DNA of 64,000 nucleotides from Chlorokybus atmophyticus (taxonomy: Eukaryota; Plantae; Mesostigma and Chlorokybus algae). Position numbers and translations under genes: made by a program. This document shows positions 14,743-26,779 of the stretch, piece by piece. The stretch is from positions 62,001 to 126,000 of the forward strand of contig RHPI01000777.1 in the NCBI GenBank assembly GCA_009103225.1, written 5' to 3'. Positions within the stretch are counted from its first letter, which is position 1; each line of letters opens with the position of its first letter. The notes below the pieces were generated by a model that was given only the letters and a program-made list of their open reading frames with translations, was not told the DNA's origin and did not search any database.

Positions 14743-16422
14743 TCAGTCTACGCCCTCGTTTTGACTCAGGAGGTCATAAGTGTCCAACACAGTGATTGTC
14801 CGGACATCCGCAAGCACTACATGTCGACCATGAATTGTGAAGCCAATGTTTGGATTCGTATCGAAGCCGTAGTCAGAGCAGCTCTGACTTTGGCGGCGGC
14901 GGCGGCCGTGGCAGCTTGGAGGGACAAGGCTCCGGTCAAGCAACTGGTAAGCGCCGTCGACCATGCATAGCCAACGTTCCTTGAAGGTAGCTGTATTCAG
15001 CAGCAACCAAGTGTAGTCGTGACAACCTGCGTCCGTTACTTGACCCATAAACCAGTCGCAGGTGGTGGCGCCAGCAACGAAACGCATGTACCCCTCTGGT
15101 GCATCAAGATATGTCTCACTACCGGTCTTGCTATAGCACACCAACGAATCTCTGAACATCAACACGACACATGAAGGCATGTCCGCCCTCTCAACCACGT
15201 TATCAAGTCCATTCTCGCGCAATGCTCTGCTCGTCGCTGCATGAAGGTCGCGTGGCAATGTCGTTATGTCACCGCTGATGGTGGCCACCGACAATAGCTC
15301 CGGCTGCCAGTGGTCATGACGGAACACTGTCGCATGAAGCAACAGCTTTGTCTCCAACCCACCATCTGACGTTGTCACAAACCCGCAGTTGAAGTCAAAG
15401 CCTTTCATTGCATGAGTCCCTAATGTTGAAAAGTCGGGCACTGACTGAACACGTGCACTCACGGTGCGCGGACGGCATCGTGAGTCCCGATCAACCACGC
15501 CGTCTTCACTCAGCACGACCACACGACTGCTGTCAAAGTAGACAGGCATAGCCGTCCGACGGTTGTCCTCATCGCGATGACAATCGGGTACAATGCCGCA
15601 CATGATGCAAGTGCGCTGATTGATATCCCAATGCCAGAAGTGCCCGGAGTTCAAGTACACTGTGAGGAGGTGATTGTCCCATACCATTGCCGTACGACAA
15701 ACACCCCGAGGAGGCGTCTCAAGGAGGCGAAAGCTCTCGCACTGATCAGCGATAGGGTCCCAGAAATGCAGCAAATACATGCACACCATGTCACCCCTCA
15801 GAATACAATAGAGAGTGGCTACGACTGTGTCGCAAAGCACTACTTTCGCTGCTTTGTGCAGGTCGGACGGTCGCGGTAATTCGTTTGATAGGAAACAACG
15901 TGGGTGCAGGTCATGTTGGCGCTGCGCCACACGCCCGGATGACGGCCAACTCGCCACGCGCCTCTGTAGATCAATGAAGCGCCTGTGCCAGCTGCGTCCA
16001 TCAGCATTGCTGTTGCAATGCGAGCGTGCCATGCCGCAGCCCCTTGAAAACTTTAGCTGATGCCACACTTTCCATAAAGAGTCGTCATGCGCGGCAGTCT
16101 TCCAATTGCTGTGAGTTTCAAACAGTGTCAGCAGTTGAGTGCGGCTACAGCACACACGCATGCACACGCACACACATGCAGATGCGCGCACGCGCGCGCG
16201 CGAACCATGTCAGCAGTGTACACAACAATCTTTTGCGTACCGGCATACCGCAGCCGCCTTTGCAGCCTCTTGCGCTCCCACTTGTCTAAAGATGTGATGC
16301 AAGCAGTCCACTGGCAATGTGGTCCAGTCAGGTGTTTGGTCATCGTTGCATGCAACCTGTGCATCGGACAAAAAGCTCAAGGGCAGCTGTTGGCAACTGC
16401 AATGCCAAAACCCACCTAGCAT
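14743..16422 (-). CDS. F-box protein with an unrecognised C-terminal domain
   Basis: The F-box motif DWTTLPVDCLHHIFRQVGAQEAAKAAAVCR (exon 16356-16241) splices via a GT-AG intron (16240-16109) to NWKTAAHDDSLWKVW. The frame then stays open to TGA at 14743-14745. The start is uncertain. Confidence 0.8.
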
Positions 16423-17066
16423 GTTGGGTGACCCTACTAATAGTCCTTGACAAGCAGCCTTACAAGTAATGCATGTGCGTCATAGAGCTCCAGCCAGCAA
16501 AGTGTGCATGTGCTGTGCAACAAACTTGCTGAAAGTGGAAGCTGTGTCATAAGAGCTGCATTGGTGCAGCATTTGCTATACTACATGGACTGCATGGTTT
16601 CCAACTCAGCACAAGGTGTCCATTGCATAAGGACAGCAACACCTGTTCTGACACTATCGAGCTACACAAGTCTCTGCATCTGGTACAAATTTACAGGGGT
16701 CACATGCATGCAACACGCTATAGCTGTAGCCAGCAATAACGTGATCACAGCTTGTTGTCAACCATGCTGGTTTTGAGGGTTTCTGGAGCAAGCATTTCAG
16801 AGAATGCAACACAGCAGCTCGTGTATGAACTGCAAGCTTCACAATCTCAACGATTGGTTGGGGCCAGCTGGGAGCTCACACACGCGTTTTGCACTGAAGA
16901 ACATGCAGCATAAAGCTAGGTGCTGCAGAAAACGAATGCCGGCAGCAGCTACGTGGATGGTCCAAGTGAACCGGTTGTGTGACTGTCGTGTGTTAACAGC
17001 TGGCTTCGGTACAGTCCTTTCTGTCTGCCACCCCGACTTGACACAACAGCTGGCCAGAGGGGGGAA

Positions 17067-17305
17067 CGCTATGGTTCCTCTTCGGGTCCCACCACAAGAA
17101 GTCGATTAAGAACACCATTGACCCTACCAGCTACGGCACTGTGTACAAGGTTGTACAGGTGCGCGCCACAGGCACTCTATCTCTTTGGGCTCCATTTTTA
17201 ATATTTGAAATGACCATGTGCTAAATTGCTTTCCATGTCATCTCCCGTACGTTGAAGGCCTCGGCAAACCTCGCCCGGGGGTTTAATGACCCGAGCAATG
17301 CACCG
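17067..17305 (+). repeat. 239-bp direct repeat, copy 2; ends exactly at an N
   Basis: Identical to 6156-6394; the next base, 17306, is n. Confidence 0.92.
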
Positions 17306-18594
17306 NAACATGCAGCATTGTGAGTGTGGCCATACCTTGTTGGGCAGCTGGTTATGCTCAAGCTTCACCGCCGCCGCCATCCGTTCTCCCGAGGCGGCCA
17401 GGCTACCGTAGGCACGCCGCCTAAGCGAGCTAAGCCCTAAGAAACGCTTCGACTGCCCACTCTTCCAGCAGCAGCAGGCTGCGCTGTGCAGCTACGCCTC
17501 CTGCTACACAGCAACAACAGGCAGAGCTCTTCTCTCTCAACAGCCATGAGCTGTGGTCGCCAATGCCATCCCGCCCGCCACCAGCAAACACGCCACGACG
17601 AAACTCGCAAATGAGGAATGAGTCAGTTCATCACACGGGTGTTGCCAACAAAGGCTGCTCACTGGAATGGGCGAGGCGCTCTCTCGTCCCAAACAACCGA
17701 TGCCCGGCTGTGGTCTTGGTGTCCGCTGCCGCCGTGGCGCAGCACGCGCACACAAGCCCCAGCGACTCACTGACGAACAACCCCAGGCAGGGGTTGGTGC
17801 ATGCCCGTGCTCATGGGCTCACTGGGATAACGCTCTTACGCTCTTTCATCCGTTCCCTGTGCGGTAGCTCCCTGTGTGCGTACTTGTCTCATAAGCCGTA
17901 CGCATACTATGCTGCTGCTGCTACTAGCCTAGCCTTCTAGTGCACGCCCCTGCAACGGAGGGCAGGGCATGCATGCAGTGTGAAGTGGTGCATGGTGATG
18001 ATGACGGCTGCTGCAACAGCTCAACTTCTGGAGTCTTGGTCGGCCAAGTCAACGCTGGTAAGCAAAGGAGGTATGAGAAATGCAATTACACTTGTCACAC
18101 ACGCATGCACACAAACACAAACACGCACACATACAGACTCACACAGAAGCACCCGCGCACACACACGCATGTGCACCCACAGCACAGTACTTGATACCAG
18201 ACCAAACAGCCACCTCCATTTGCGCAAAGCCATTTCTTGCCTCACAGTGTGTAATGCAACAAATCACTACCACGCAGAGACACTGACTCTTTTGCATTGC
18301 CTGTGGTCTTCCCAAAGCAGCAGCGGCGACAACAAACGCTTGCAAGGACATACCACACAGCGGCCCCCAAGCACCTCGTCCGCGACCGTGACCACAAGGA
18401 GCACACCGGCACCCACATTCATAACCACGACACATTGAGCATGAGCACCAAGGCGAAAACGGCCAGAGCAAGGTTGCACAAAGCTCATGTACTTAGACTG
18501 GTGTATTAGGGTTGTGACAACCAAGCTAGTACCAACTCTCCAGCACTTCGCTGATTGGTACTTGTCCTCTATCAAACGCTGACTACCCACTCCC

Positions 18595-18740
18595 ATGTTG
18601 ACTCCCCGCTCCCACTCCCCCCCTCTTGATCGCGGTGCGGGGTCGTTCCTGTGGCTCTTCCTGGACGCATACGCGGCGGGGGCTCGCGGGGGACATGGTC
18701 GTCGCCGCCGCGCTGGTGGATCTGGGGCTGCCGGTTGAAA

Positions 18741-18834
<94 letters not shown>

Positions 18835-20301
18835 GGGGCGATGGTGCGTGCGTGTTCGGTGCGCGCGTGCGTTCGTTAATTCGTGCGTGCTTGTGCGTGT
18901 GTGTGTCGCAAGTGTTGATGCATGTGTTTGCAATGGCAGGTATTAAACGAGGGGCTGTGCAAGCTGGGGGACTGGAAGGTTGAGTGCGAGTTTCAAGGCG
19001 TTACACGCTCGGCCATGTATGCATCAAGGCAGTTGTAAGTAACATGACACATGTATGCACTTGCACGTGCCGGCACGCATGCGTGAAAGCAGCTAACAAG
19101 AACGGCCTCAGACACACGTGCGTGCGGAAACACACACAATGGCACATGCGCAGACACATGCAGGGGGGAGGAGGAACACGCCTGCATGCGCCCGCACGCA
19201 CACACGTAGGGCATCCGTAGGCACACATGCACACATCTGCAAACAATCACACCCGCACACGCGTGCATACTTGCACACACGTGCACATGCGAACATGCAC
19301 AGATGTCCATTCCTTATGTGCAGGTTCGTTGTGAGCGGAGACGGAAGCACAGCCGGCACGCGATTATGCGCAGAGATCAGGCGGTTGATATCCGCAGCAG
19401 CTGTTAAGGATTTCGGTCTGACGGAGGGGCGGCCAGGGCTGGCATTGGATGCGTTTCGACGGCGTGCGGTGGCCGAAACCAGCGTGCACGGGGTCGGAAA
19501 AATGGACGATGTGCACTTTTACGAAGTAAGTGAAGGGTGTCAGGGTGAATGACACGCGCGCGCACGAACACACATGCGCTCAGTTACACCTGCGCCTCAA
19601 CATGATATGGTGCAGTGTTGTCAAGTGCGCTGTTTCTCAGCAGTGGTTCACGCGACACAATTGCAGCAGTTGATGTGGCAGCATTGTATGAATTCAGCCA
19701 TAGACGGCATTGTGGACGTGGTGGCGGCACCCATTGCGCTGGACTACCTCGGGGCGGGAAAAGTGGCGGTGGTGCTCCCCGTCGGCCGCGGCATCCTCTG
19801 CGGCACCGCACATGGCCCGTTCACACAACCCCTCGCATGCCGCAGTGAGTGTGCTGTCACAAGTTGGCACCCACGCATGACACAATAAAACAAGGACACA
19901 TAGATACACACACACATGTGGACGCACATGCACACGCACAAGCACGCGCACGCTCATGCGGACACGTACATGCACAAGCACGCATATAGATCACACAAAG
20001 ACGCGTTCACACGCATGCGCGCATATACGCCCCCCCACCCACCCACCCACCCCACCACCACCACACACACACACACACACACCAACACCATTGTCTCTCC
20101 TCACCCCTCCCAACCCGCCTCAGATCACTGTGTGCTGCGGGCGCGTGTCTGGTGACTGCAGCGGTGTCTATGTTGGGCTTGTGCACGCGCTGGCCGAGCA
20201 TGCGGCTGCTTGGCTGCTTGTACGGGGGAGCATGCGGTATACCTGTTAAAGGAGGGCGAACTGGCGAACAGGCCGATTGCAGCGTGAGCGGCTGCTGCTA
20301 A
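18595..20301 (+). pseudogene. larC: Intron-containing LarC-like gene (nickel-pincer nucleotide cofactor Ni-insertase/DUF111, N-terminal domain), frameshifted
   Basis: Exon 1: MLTPRSHSPPLDRGAGSFLWLFLDAYAAG-[extra G in the run 18678-18682]-LAGDMVVAAALVDLGLPVE. Exon 18940-19028: VLNEGLCKLGDWKVECEFQGVTRSAMYASR. Exon 19324-19525: FVV...AEIRRLISAA...ALDAFRRRAVAETSVHGVGKMDDVHFYE. About 19697-19844: AIDGIVDVVAAPIALDYLG...LPVGRG..CGTAHG. From 20124: LVT...RWPSMRLLGCLYG. Motif order matches bacterial LarC (D..SG.xGDM..ALxDLG; AEAxVHG...VHFHE; DSIxDIV; LPxGxG...AHG; LVT; WPxM..GYG). Confidence 0.8.
18741..18833. repeat. 93-nt poly-G run that hides the first larC splice donor
   Basis: Directly visible. 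Confidence 0.9.
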
Positions 20302-21715
20302 TAAAGGAGGAGGGACAACATTATCAAGCAATACAATGTGAATTGAGAAGAGATAGCCTATAAGGTTTACAAAAGCTGCACAGCGTGCATGTGCTTGTGT
20401 TGGTGGATACCGTCAATACGTGGGACACGCTGCGTGCGTGTGTTGGTGTGCAAGTCTGTATACCCTTGATCAATGTGGTGTTGCTGCAGCATTTGAGAGT
20501 GCATGGGTCATCCTTAAGCTTCTGTGTTGGTGATGTGTGTGCGTGAGCCTATGGCGGTACCAGTCGTACTTACGTGCATGTGCATGCGTCTGCGGGTGTT
20601 TGCTGAAGGGGACTTGCCGGGTCGCTGGACGGGATGAAGCTTGTGGTGGCGCAAGGCGATGACATCATGTTGTGTACACATTCGGCTGAGTGTGTGGCTT
20701 AATCTCCACAACTTCTCTGAAACGCACAAATGCCTCCAATAGCTCTCTATCGCTGACGCATGCGCACGTGCACCCAAGCTCGAATCGTCAAGAGGAGTAT
20801 CAGCACTGCATCTACTCGCACGAACGTCTCACATACTGTTGGTTTGTCTGTTTTGAGTGCGTCTGCGCGGAGTGTAGCTGATCAGGTAGCGGTGCGCAAT
20901 CTGGCCTGAGCGCACAAAAAACTCCGCATGCCTCCCTCAAGGCCCCGCTTGCAGCTGGACCTTGGAGGAGCCTAGCCTAGCCTGAGCAGAACGCTAGAGC
21001 TTAGTGTGTGAAGTGTGTGGTGTATAGGGAGCGCCGTATGCTATGCCAAGCCCTTATGCATACTGTCACATGTATGGTACCTAGTGTGTCAAATAGGAGC
21101 CTCGTATTCAGTAGCGCTGTGCGGTTATCTGAATGACGCTGATGATACCGGGTGGTGCTGACGCCCACACAAGCACATAGAACAGGCTGAGGACCTCCAG
21201 TTGTTGGTCTTCTTGCGGATGCGCGCGGATGCGCATGTGCATGTATGGAAGGCGTGCACGGAAGGTGTATGTGCATGTGCGTGACTGCGCGCGCTCTTGC
21301 ATGTGTGTGCGAATGAAGGCAGTGCACTGCATCCTCAGGCCCTGTTAGAACAGATCTACGCTTTGCTCACATTCTGCACACTATTGTGCTTGCATAGGTA
21401 TTGTGGCTTTACCTATGCACACCTGCATGTAGGCCTAACCGTTAGGGTTCAGGGTGGGATAATGGTAGATAGTAGCGCAAACCAGTACATGCACGCACAT
21501 GGACTCCATGTCGGATATGATGCATATCATCCTACACACACCTTTGCGCGCACACGCAATGACACACATGCACATGCTCGCACTACCATAACCACAACCA
21601 CAACCACAACCACAACCACAACCACAACAGCAACACCATTAACGCAACAAGAACAACGTGTCGGACAGTGTCTACACCACCAGCACTCACTGAGTGGCAC
21701 GTCAGTGCTGCACTA

Positions 21716-22174
21716 TCAAAGGCTACAGTAAAGGACAAAGGCTCCTAGTGCTGTTGCGACCTGCCAAGTAAGAGGCAAGACTAGTCCTGGCTCGTAGAAT
21801 GGTAGACGCCAGCAACTGGTTACGCCCGACACCTGGCGCACACGGGCGAACCTGCGAAACAAGCCTGTGAGACTGTTGACGGTCACCACAATTTTGCTGC
21901 ACAATTGTATGACACTGATGACTGGCAGTCATCACGCTGCAACAACTTGTTGAACGTACCTTGTCCTGGTGTCCTCAAAATCGTTGAGGAAAAAGGACCG
22001 CAGCTCGCTCGCGAACGTTGCAACCTTGGCCGACAAAAAAATCCAGCGACACATGGCAGGAACATCGACATCCTGATGTCGTAGCGAAACTGAAAGTGAC
22101 GGCGCCACTTTCAACAGAAGCCAGGTGCCAAACCACATTGTGAGCAGCTCCAAGGCCTTCGAGACGATTACCAC
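21716..22174 (-). other. Unassigned coding-like exons
   Basis: Two protein-like open frames (IVSKALELLTMWFG...FEDTRTR; IVVTVNSLTGLFRRF...LVLPLTWQ) with plausible GT donors. No family recognised. Confidence 0.25.
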
Positions 22175-22308
22175 GCTCTTGGAGATCGCTTTACCTAGCC
22201 CTTTACACGTTCAACATGGTCATAAAATAGTGGTTGCCCAGCACTGCTGACTGAGTCAGCGCATTGCGCCATGCAGTGTGCCATGCAATGCAGCTGCGCT
22301 AGTACTGG

Positions 22309-22950
22309 CTATTGCTGCTGCTCGATGCTACCTGGGCGAATGTGCACGATGACCGTATCATTGTCGTCCGGGTCCGTTGCCGCCTGGAGCAGCTCCTCCG
22401 GATACGCGCTCAAGCCCTTCGGCCCCTGCAATTGGGTCAGAAGCTCTTGGTGGTTCGACCATACTGTAACAACCGTTGCACTCCAAGGCAGAGCATCGCC
22501 GGCGGCGCCGCCGCGCAGCGCACTGCGCGCTACGCTCCTCGCCTCCTCCGGGGTGAGCCTGCGAGTGCTGCTTAGGCCCATGCAGACATAGGGTGGTGCG
22601 TCTGACGTGACCACAGGCGCCGGAGCCAAGCGATGGGTGGCGGAAATATGACGACAGTCAACTGCCGAGGTAGCGGAGGACTGGGGGCGGGGTGCACTGC
22701 GACCGTCCCAGACCCTGAGCCCTGAGGGTGGTCGCTGGCTACCTGCGCAGTAAATGCAGGTGCGCATTATCACACAGTCATACACTACAAACCTTTGATA
22801 ATGCCACGCTGTGCAAGACACTTTAAGCAGACGGACTTCCGACTTGATCAATACAATGCTTTCAACTGCGAGACCTGCTGCTCTGCTGCTTGCTTCTGGC
22901 GCTGCTGCTTTGAGGTGCGACGGCGAACCAGCTCTAGCTCGGCTGGGTTC
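22309..22950 (-). pseudogene. Unassigned spliced gene, apparently frameshifted (coiled-coil exon plus 3' exon)
   Basis: Coiled-coil frame ELELVRRRTSKQQRQKQAAEQQVSQLKALY-TGA shifts to LIKSEVRLLK. A long 3' exon ends ...LLTQLQGPKGL...DPDDNDTVIVHIRPGSIEQQQ. Confidence 0.3.
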
Positions 22951-23119
22951 GGCTCCCGCATCTACACGACATACCACACAACAGATTGCATGAGTTGTCG
23001 TAATTGTTAACACATACTATGCGTACGATGCATACTCGCCCCTTGTAGGTTAGCGAACAAACAATGGCGTTGTCAGCATCATCGCAGATTGACATCCTCC
23101 AATGCATGATGCTCGTGCT

Positions 23120-23466
23120 GCGGCGGACGGAAGCAGCACACCAAGTGATGCAGCAGCGGCAGCCAGCCAGCAAACAGCAAGCATTGGCAAGCACCTCTGT
23201 TGCTGCGTCATTATCACCACCATACATCATCATCATCACGATGGTGCGCGTGTTTCCGCTCGTGCGACATACGATGCATGATCATGCTGCGGCAGGCGGA
23301 CGGGCATAGCACACCAAGCGAGGCAGCAGCAGTAGCAAGCGAGCAAGCCAGCCAGCAAGCGATCACCTCTGCTGCTGCTGCTGGCGGACGGGCATAGCAC
23401 ACAACACACCAAGCGAGGCAGCAGCAGTAGCAAGCAAGTCAGCAAGCAATCACCTCTGCTGCTGCG
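23120..23466. repeat. Three imperfect copies of a unit of about 80-90 bp
   Basis: ggcggacgg..agcacaccaag.gaggcagcagcagtagcaagc...cacctctg.tgctgc recurs at about 23120, 23295 and 23383. Confidence 0.7.
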
Positions 23467-24193
23467 GAGTCGTCGTCGCCGCTGCTGGTGCTGCGGGCGG
23501 CGGAGGCGGAGGCGGCAGCAGCGGCGGCGCTGGCGCTGCCGGTGCTCGCCATCATGGTCTAGGCTGAGGCTGAGGCTGAGGCTGGGGCCACCCAAACACC
23601 CACACCGCCCGCTGCCCCCACCGCCAGCGGCGCCAAACGTGCGGAACGGCAAGCGCGAGCACTGGGGCGCGAACGAGCAGGGGGCTGCCCGCATGCATGC
23701 ATGCATGCACCTGACCAGTCGGATGGCTGAGATATGACCTCATATCGGCGCCAGATCGGAAGGCGCTCGGTCCGTCGATGCCAATTGCCCCGCCCGGCTT
23801 CACGTCATGACTCACGACGGGCGAAGTGTGCCTAGAAAGCTCTTAATATAGAAACGCAACAAATCATGCAAGCTACTTGACTTTAGGCTTGTTACTATGC
23901 AGTTCGTCCTTCCGTTGCTATGAGCAAAGACCAACTGCAGTCAGCACACGGATTCGCCCTCCATAAATACGCCGACGACATGTTGTGCAATATTATTTTA
24001 TAATTCCAATTAAAAACCCCGATAATGCTTTTGGCATTGCAAATATTCATAAATATTGGTCACTCATTGCGCGGTTGTTCAATATGGATTGTGTGTGATT
24101 GTAGATTTCAATGAAGTGAGTCAGTTGTGGGTCCGGTCCGCTGTATCAGTAACCAATGTCATGCTGGATACTATATCCAAAAATCTCTGACAA

Positions 24194-24763
24194 TCAAACA
24201 AGCAATAAACGATAAGCCCGTTCATTGATTTTCGACATGCACAACCATATGACTTCAATACCAATAAATGCATACAAATCCTCACACCGTTTGGGAACGG
24301 CTATCTTGTCCGTTTTTGCATTGGCAAGCACTCGCTGCACGATCTCGCTTGCTCGGACGTTGATGGCAGCAGGCGCCTGGTATCGTAAGGCTTCGTCCTT
24401 CGCTGCGTCTTGTAAGCTCTTTACAAACAACTCAAGTTGGTTCCATTTCTCTGATTGGAAAGCCAGCAGAAAACCTTCAATTGCTTGATGGTAATGCGGT
24501 TGTTCAATTGCCGGCTCTCGCACCAATCCTGTACATGAATGACTCATAAGCCATTGCCAAACGCTCATAACATAAAAGCCATTGTCATCTACATTGCTCA
24601 CGGAGTATGCCTTGAGACCACTCTTATATTTCACCCGTGTGCTTCTCGGCCGCACTTCGTGCTTACGCGCGACCAAATGGTCAATGGTTGTTGGCGGTGC
24701 TGTCTCTCTGTTTGCTTCGCCATGGTCACCCTCGTCGACGTCCGTGTCCGCATGTGAGGCCAT
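24194..24763 (-). CDS. Intronless orphan ORF, 189 aa
   Basis: ATG at 24763 (MASHADTDVDEG...) is open to 24194 with non-repetitive, globular-looking composition. No family recognised. Confidence 0.35.
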   Translation of the reverse strand: MASHADTDVDEGDHGEANRETAPPTTIDHLVARKHEVRPRSTRVKYKSGLKAYSVSNVDDNGFYVMSVWQWLMSHSCTGLVREPAIEQPHYHQAIEGFLLAFQSEKWNQLELFVKSLQDAAKDEALRYQAPAAINVRASEIVQRVLANAKTDKIAVPKRCEDLYAFIGIEVIWLCMSKINERAYRLLLV

Positions 24764-26779
24764 GCAGGCTGCAACACGCGAGCTGATGTGAGCACACGTG
24801 TGTGCCAGCAGGCGCGTCAAGACGGGTGCGCAATCCCTGTATATGCACCGTTGTTGCATGCACATGCTAGCACACTTGTCATACTCACTCTGCTTGTAAA
24901 CAGCATGTGTGCACAGGATGCTACCGATTGCAGCAATATGCATGTGCAACACATTACTATAAAGTTTGGCGTACAACGCCACTACGGTGGGCTGAGGCAG
25001 GTTGGGAGGCGGGGGTGAGGAGGTGTTGGACCAACATACACACTGTTGGTCAGCGTTCACAGCTAGCATGCAAACGTCGCCGCCTCGCACGGTCATCTGA
25101 ATTGATCTCTCTGTTTCCATGCAGGCACTAGTTACATAACTGCACATGATGATCTGCGCACACTTGTGCACGTGAGGAGGTGCACACACTCATGCACTCG
25201 CCACACAATGCGCTTACAGCAAACATGGTGACACATGTTGTCAGTGTGTATGTCCAGCACAATACCAAGCACCAACATTCAACACCAGCTGCTGCAGCAG
25301 CGGCCACCATCCACAAAACCAAACCTTCAACGTGCTCTACCACATACCCTGTTACCATCTCTACGCACAAGCCAGGGTGGGAGGCGGGTGGGAGGTGGTT
25401 GTCACCTTTTACATCAGAGGAAGGGGGTGAAGGGGAATGTCGCAGCCTCTAGCGCTGCGGCCACTACCAGTGACGTCGTTGTGTCCACTGCTGTTACTTG
25501 TGTCTTCACTCGCGTTTGCACAGACCTGTGTGCACACGATGAGGTTGGAATCGTGCGTGTGAGCGCGCGTGTGCATCAATGCAATGTACGTGTGCGCGTG
25601 TGAGCGTGTGTAAACGTGAGCGTGCTTTACGCAATTGGTTAGTCAGTTTGAGTATGTGTGGTCTCTATTTCCCCTTGAGGAGCCGGGCACGTGCATGTGT
25701 GATGGTGGATGTATATATATGCCTGTCTGTGCAAAAGTAATGCAAAAAATGATGCCGGAAGTATGCAAGCTGCCGCTTGTTTGCGGCGCAGTTGTACACA
25801 CATGCACAGCATAATGTTAGATGCAATGGTAAATAGAAAAATCTAGATTGGTGAGCGGTCAAACTTTGAGAAGTAAGCAATTACAAGCATCTAACATATA
25901 GCTATGCACCCATACTGCTGATAAGGCCGCCTCCCCCGCCGCCGCCGCTACTACTGCCGCCGACGCTGCGACTGCCCCTGCCGCCACTGCCGACTATGCT
26001 GCCAACGAGAGACTAAGATATCGACTGTTAATGAGTTTATGAGTGCGCTATCGTAGGTATTGTCAGTAGCCTAGTATTGCGTCGTGTGTGATATCGAGCT
26101 TCCTTGCCCCAATGGTATCTAATAAATGCATAGTTAAAGAACCCTTTAAGTCCGTAGTCTGTGCAATCGGTGTAAACGCTCAGCGTCGCCAGTAGGGCAA
26201 GTTTCCACTGCATAACCGTCTACACGTAGACGTTGAGTTTGATGGCGCACACGCATACGGTACCGGTAGGCGCCAGCAAGCAGGCTAGCCGTGGGGGTAT
26301 CGAGTGAGAAGCCAAGCTGATGCCAACCTTAGTCTTAGCATGTTAGCCTTAGGGTTAGCCTTAAGAGCGACAACTATTTAGCCTCCAACGAGCCGACAAG
26401 AAGGAAGTCGTCTTGGAGAAGAAGTGCCGCCGCTGCTTCGCTGCTCTTCGTGAAGCGCAGCTCTCCGTAACCCTAGCGTGGTGGTGGTGGCGGTGGAGGG
26501 TGTTTTAGGCGTCAGCCGACGACGCATGTAGTTAGTCCGGCGGACGGTCGGTGGGCACCGGCAGTGGCATTGCTACTGGCCCCTGCGCCAGTTCCAGTTC
26601 CGTCCACAGGTCAGCAAATGGCCGGCCTTGAGCCATTGCCAGCGCTGTCGATACAACTGCCGACGCTCGCCGGGGCTCGTTGCAGCGTTGGCGCCACACT
26701 TTTGTCCACTGCGGCGACGCTGAGTGTGGTGGCGGTGGAATTGTAAGCTGCCTGCCGTTAGCTGACAAGCTGAGCCGAG

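Noticed and set aside
20124-20249. Minus-strand reading (..SSRMLGQRVHKPNIDT..) or the + frame GVYVGLVHALAEH as the real product
   Set aside because: Splice signals are on the + strand, and a third + frame (LVT..WPSM..YG) carries the LarC motifs shared with the 13573-13720 copy.
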